From contig JAVYME010000001.1 of NCBI GenBank assembly GCA_038736825.1, positions 125,383-157,382 of the forward strand: a stretch of DNA of 32,000 nt, written 5' to 3'. This document shows positions 30,934-32,000 of this stretch, in pieces; the first letter of the stretch is position 1; each line of letters opens with the position of its first letter. Source of the DNA: Candidatus Iainarchaeum sp. GTDB taxonomy: Archaea > Iainarchaeota > Iainarchaeia > Iainarchaeales > DTGL01. The notes beneath the pieces are model-generated. The model did not search any database and was not told the DNA's origin. It saw only the letters and a program-made list of their open reading frames with translations. Both the position numbers and the translations under genes were made by a program.

Positions 30934-32000
30934 TCAGTATTCTCCCATCAAATACCTTGCAATTTCACCATACGCTGGTCTTGTAATGAAAACACCAACC
31001 AGAACTCCGATTACCACTGCAATTGCAAACCCAACCAGTTTAACCATGGCTCCACCAAAGACAATAAATGGCACCATTGTTGCAAGCATTGTGGCTGCAG
31101 CCGCCATAACCATAAAGAAAGCGCGCTTTATGCGCCTTGCAACAGAAACCTGTTCTTCTTCCTTTCCGCCCTTTAAAAGTTCGTCGGTTATTATTATTTG
31201 ATCGTTAACACCGGTTCCGATTGCTGCAATTATTCCCGCAATTGTGGCAATGTCTATGCTTTGCCCTAAAGAAGAAGTGAAAGCTGCAGTGCAAAATGCT
31301 TCAACTATTGCAGTGAAAATTATTGCCATGGACAGCTTTACCTGCTTGTATCTCAAAAAAATTATTGTTGAAACCGCTATAAGGGCAAGCAATCCCATTA
31401 TGGCCGCACCAGTCAAAAACTCTTTTCCTTGTGTTGGCGAAGTCCAGAAATGGCTTATGCTTTCAACTGAAACAGGCAGAGAACCTGAACTAAGCAAAAT
31501 TTTGGTTTCAGTGCGCTCAAGTTTTGCAAGCTCAAGGGCTTTGGAGGAGGATTCACTGCTGGCAGCCATTCCTGTTATCATGAGATCCTGGACTATTTTT
31601 GCATCACTTGCTCTTTCAACATATGGCTTGTTTCCAGTGAGCTCTGGGTTAAGCCTTACTATTGATCTCAAGCCTGTGGCTGTATAAAGCCAGGGAATTT
31701 CAGGGCTAACCAAGGCAACCTCTTTTACAGTAAAACCAAGTGAAACCAGTTCTTGCTTTATTTCGTTTTGAATATCAGATGGCACTATTGCGGTTGAATT
31801 TCCTTTTGCCAGTTCTTCTTTGAGCTCTGACAATTGTTCTTTGGAAAAGGCATTTTCGGAAACAACGAAATGCTTTAGTCCGCCATTGAGAAGTATTTCT
31901 TGAATGCTAGTGTTTTGTGGAATTCTCTGGCTTCCAGCCAAAAAAAGCCTTTTGTCTTCGTCAAACCGCCCTTGCGAGAGAACAAGTACTGATTTTTTCG
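30934..32000 (-). CDS. secD: protein-export membrane protein SecD (SecD/SecF family), N-terminus beyond the window edge
   Basis: The C-terminal six-TM bundle carries AIGTGVNDQIIITDE. A soluble domain of more than 200 aa precedes it, which favours SecD over SecF. The frame stays open upstream of the track start (31941) to position 32000. Confidence 0.72.
   Translation of the reverse strand, partial: KKSVLVLSQGRFDEDKRLFLAGSQRIPQNTSIQEILLNGGLKHFVVSENAFSKEQLSELKEELAKGNSTAIVPSDIQNEIKQELVSLGFTVKEVALVSPEIPWLYTATGLRSIVRLNPELTGNKPYVERASDAKIVQDLMITGMAASSESSSKALELAKLERTETKILLSSGSLPVSVESISHFWTSPTQGKEFLTGAAIMGLLALIAVSTIIFLRYKQVKLSMAIIFTAIVEAFCTAAFTSSLGQSIDIATIAGIIAAIGTGVNDQIIITDELLKGGKEEEQVSVARRIKRAFFMVMAAAATMLATMVPFIVFGGAMVKLVGFAIAVVIGVLVGVFITRPAYGEIARYLMGEY

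Noticed and set aside
31244-31687. 147-aa plus-strand ORF (and 30916..31176, 30986..31201)
   Set aside because: These lie antisense to SecD and are shadow ORFs.
1-32000. CRISPR arrays, rRNA genes, IS elements, integrases and toxin-antitoxin pairs
   Set aside because: No regularly spaced direct repeats, rRNA-like segments, transposase/integrase motifs or terminal inverted repeats were seen on either strand. The only exact long repeat is the intragenic 95-mer.

Overview
This is a compact archaeal chromosome segment. The coding strand is A-rich, neighbouring genes often overlap by 1-4 nt, GGTGA/GGAGGTG Shine-Dalgarno-like motifs are common, and several genes start with GTG or TTG. Positions 1-17.3 kb hold about 30 co-directional information-processing genes that join several conserved archaeal clusters: (1) cmk(partial)-L14e-S13-S4-S11-RpoD-tRNA-Leu(UAA, intron)-L18e-L13-S9-RpoN-S2-Memo-like; (2) a TrmB-like regulator and GluRS; (3) L7Ae-S28e-L24e-dUTPase-aIF5B-S6e-aIF2gamma-PIN(Fcf1-like)-Rpo7-Spt4-S24e-S27ae-CPBP protease-Kae1. 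Bud32, the usual partner of Kae1, lies 6 kb downstream at 23.3 kb. The gap between them looks like an accessory island. It contains a ~1380-aa secreted, Cys-rich, multi-repeat protein with a Kazal-like module and a perfect 95-bp in-frame internal direct repeat. A 64-aa lipobox protein is translationally coupled to it, followed by a 4-TM protein and a wHTH regulator. After Bud32 come S15, a 41-aa ORF, S3Ae and a DUF92 membrane protein. Next is a second large Cys-rich lipoprotein (736 aa). The window ends with an envelope-biogenesis cluster: SppA, CDP-archaeol synthase, a minimal exosortase/archaeosortase-family protein, a SAM-methyltransferase and SecD (partial). Many translation and transcription proteins carry K/E-rich low-complexity tails. 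I saw no rRNA, CRISPR array, transposase, integrase or reverse transcriptase. The best candidate for something undescribed is the surface module (giant protein plus coupled lipoprotein, second Cys-rich lipoprotein, nearby archaeosortase/CarS cluster). It is plausibly a host-contact or cell-surface system of a small-genome (DPANN-like) archaeon. That lineage assignment and the function are inference only.
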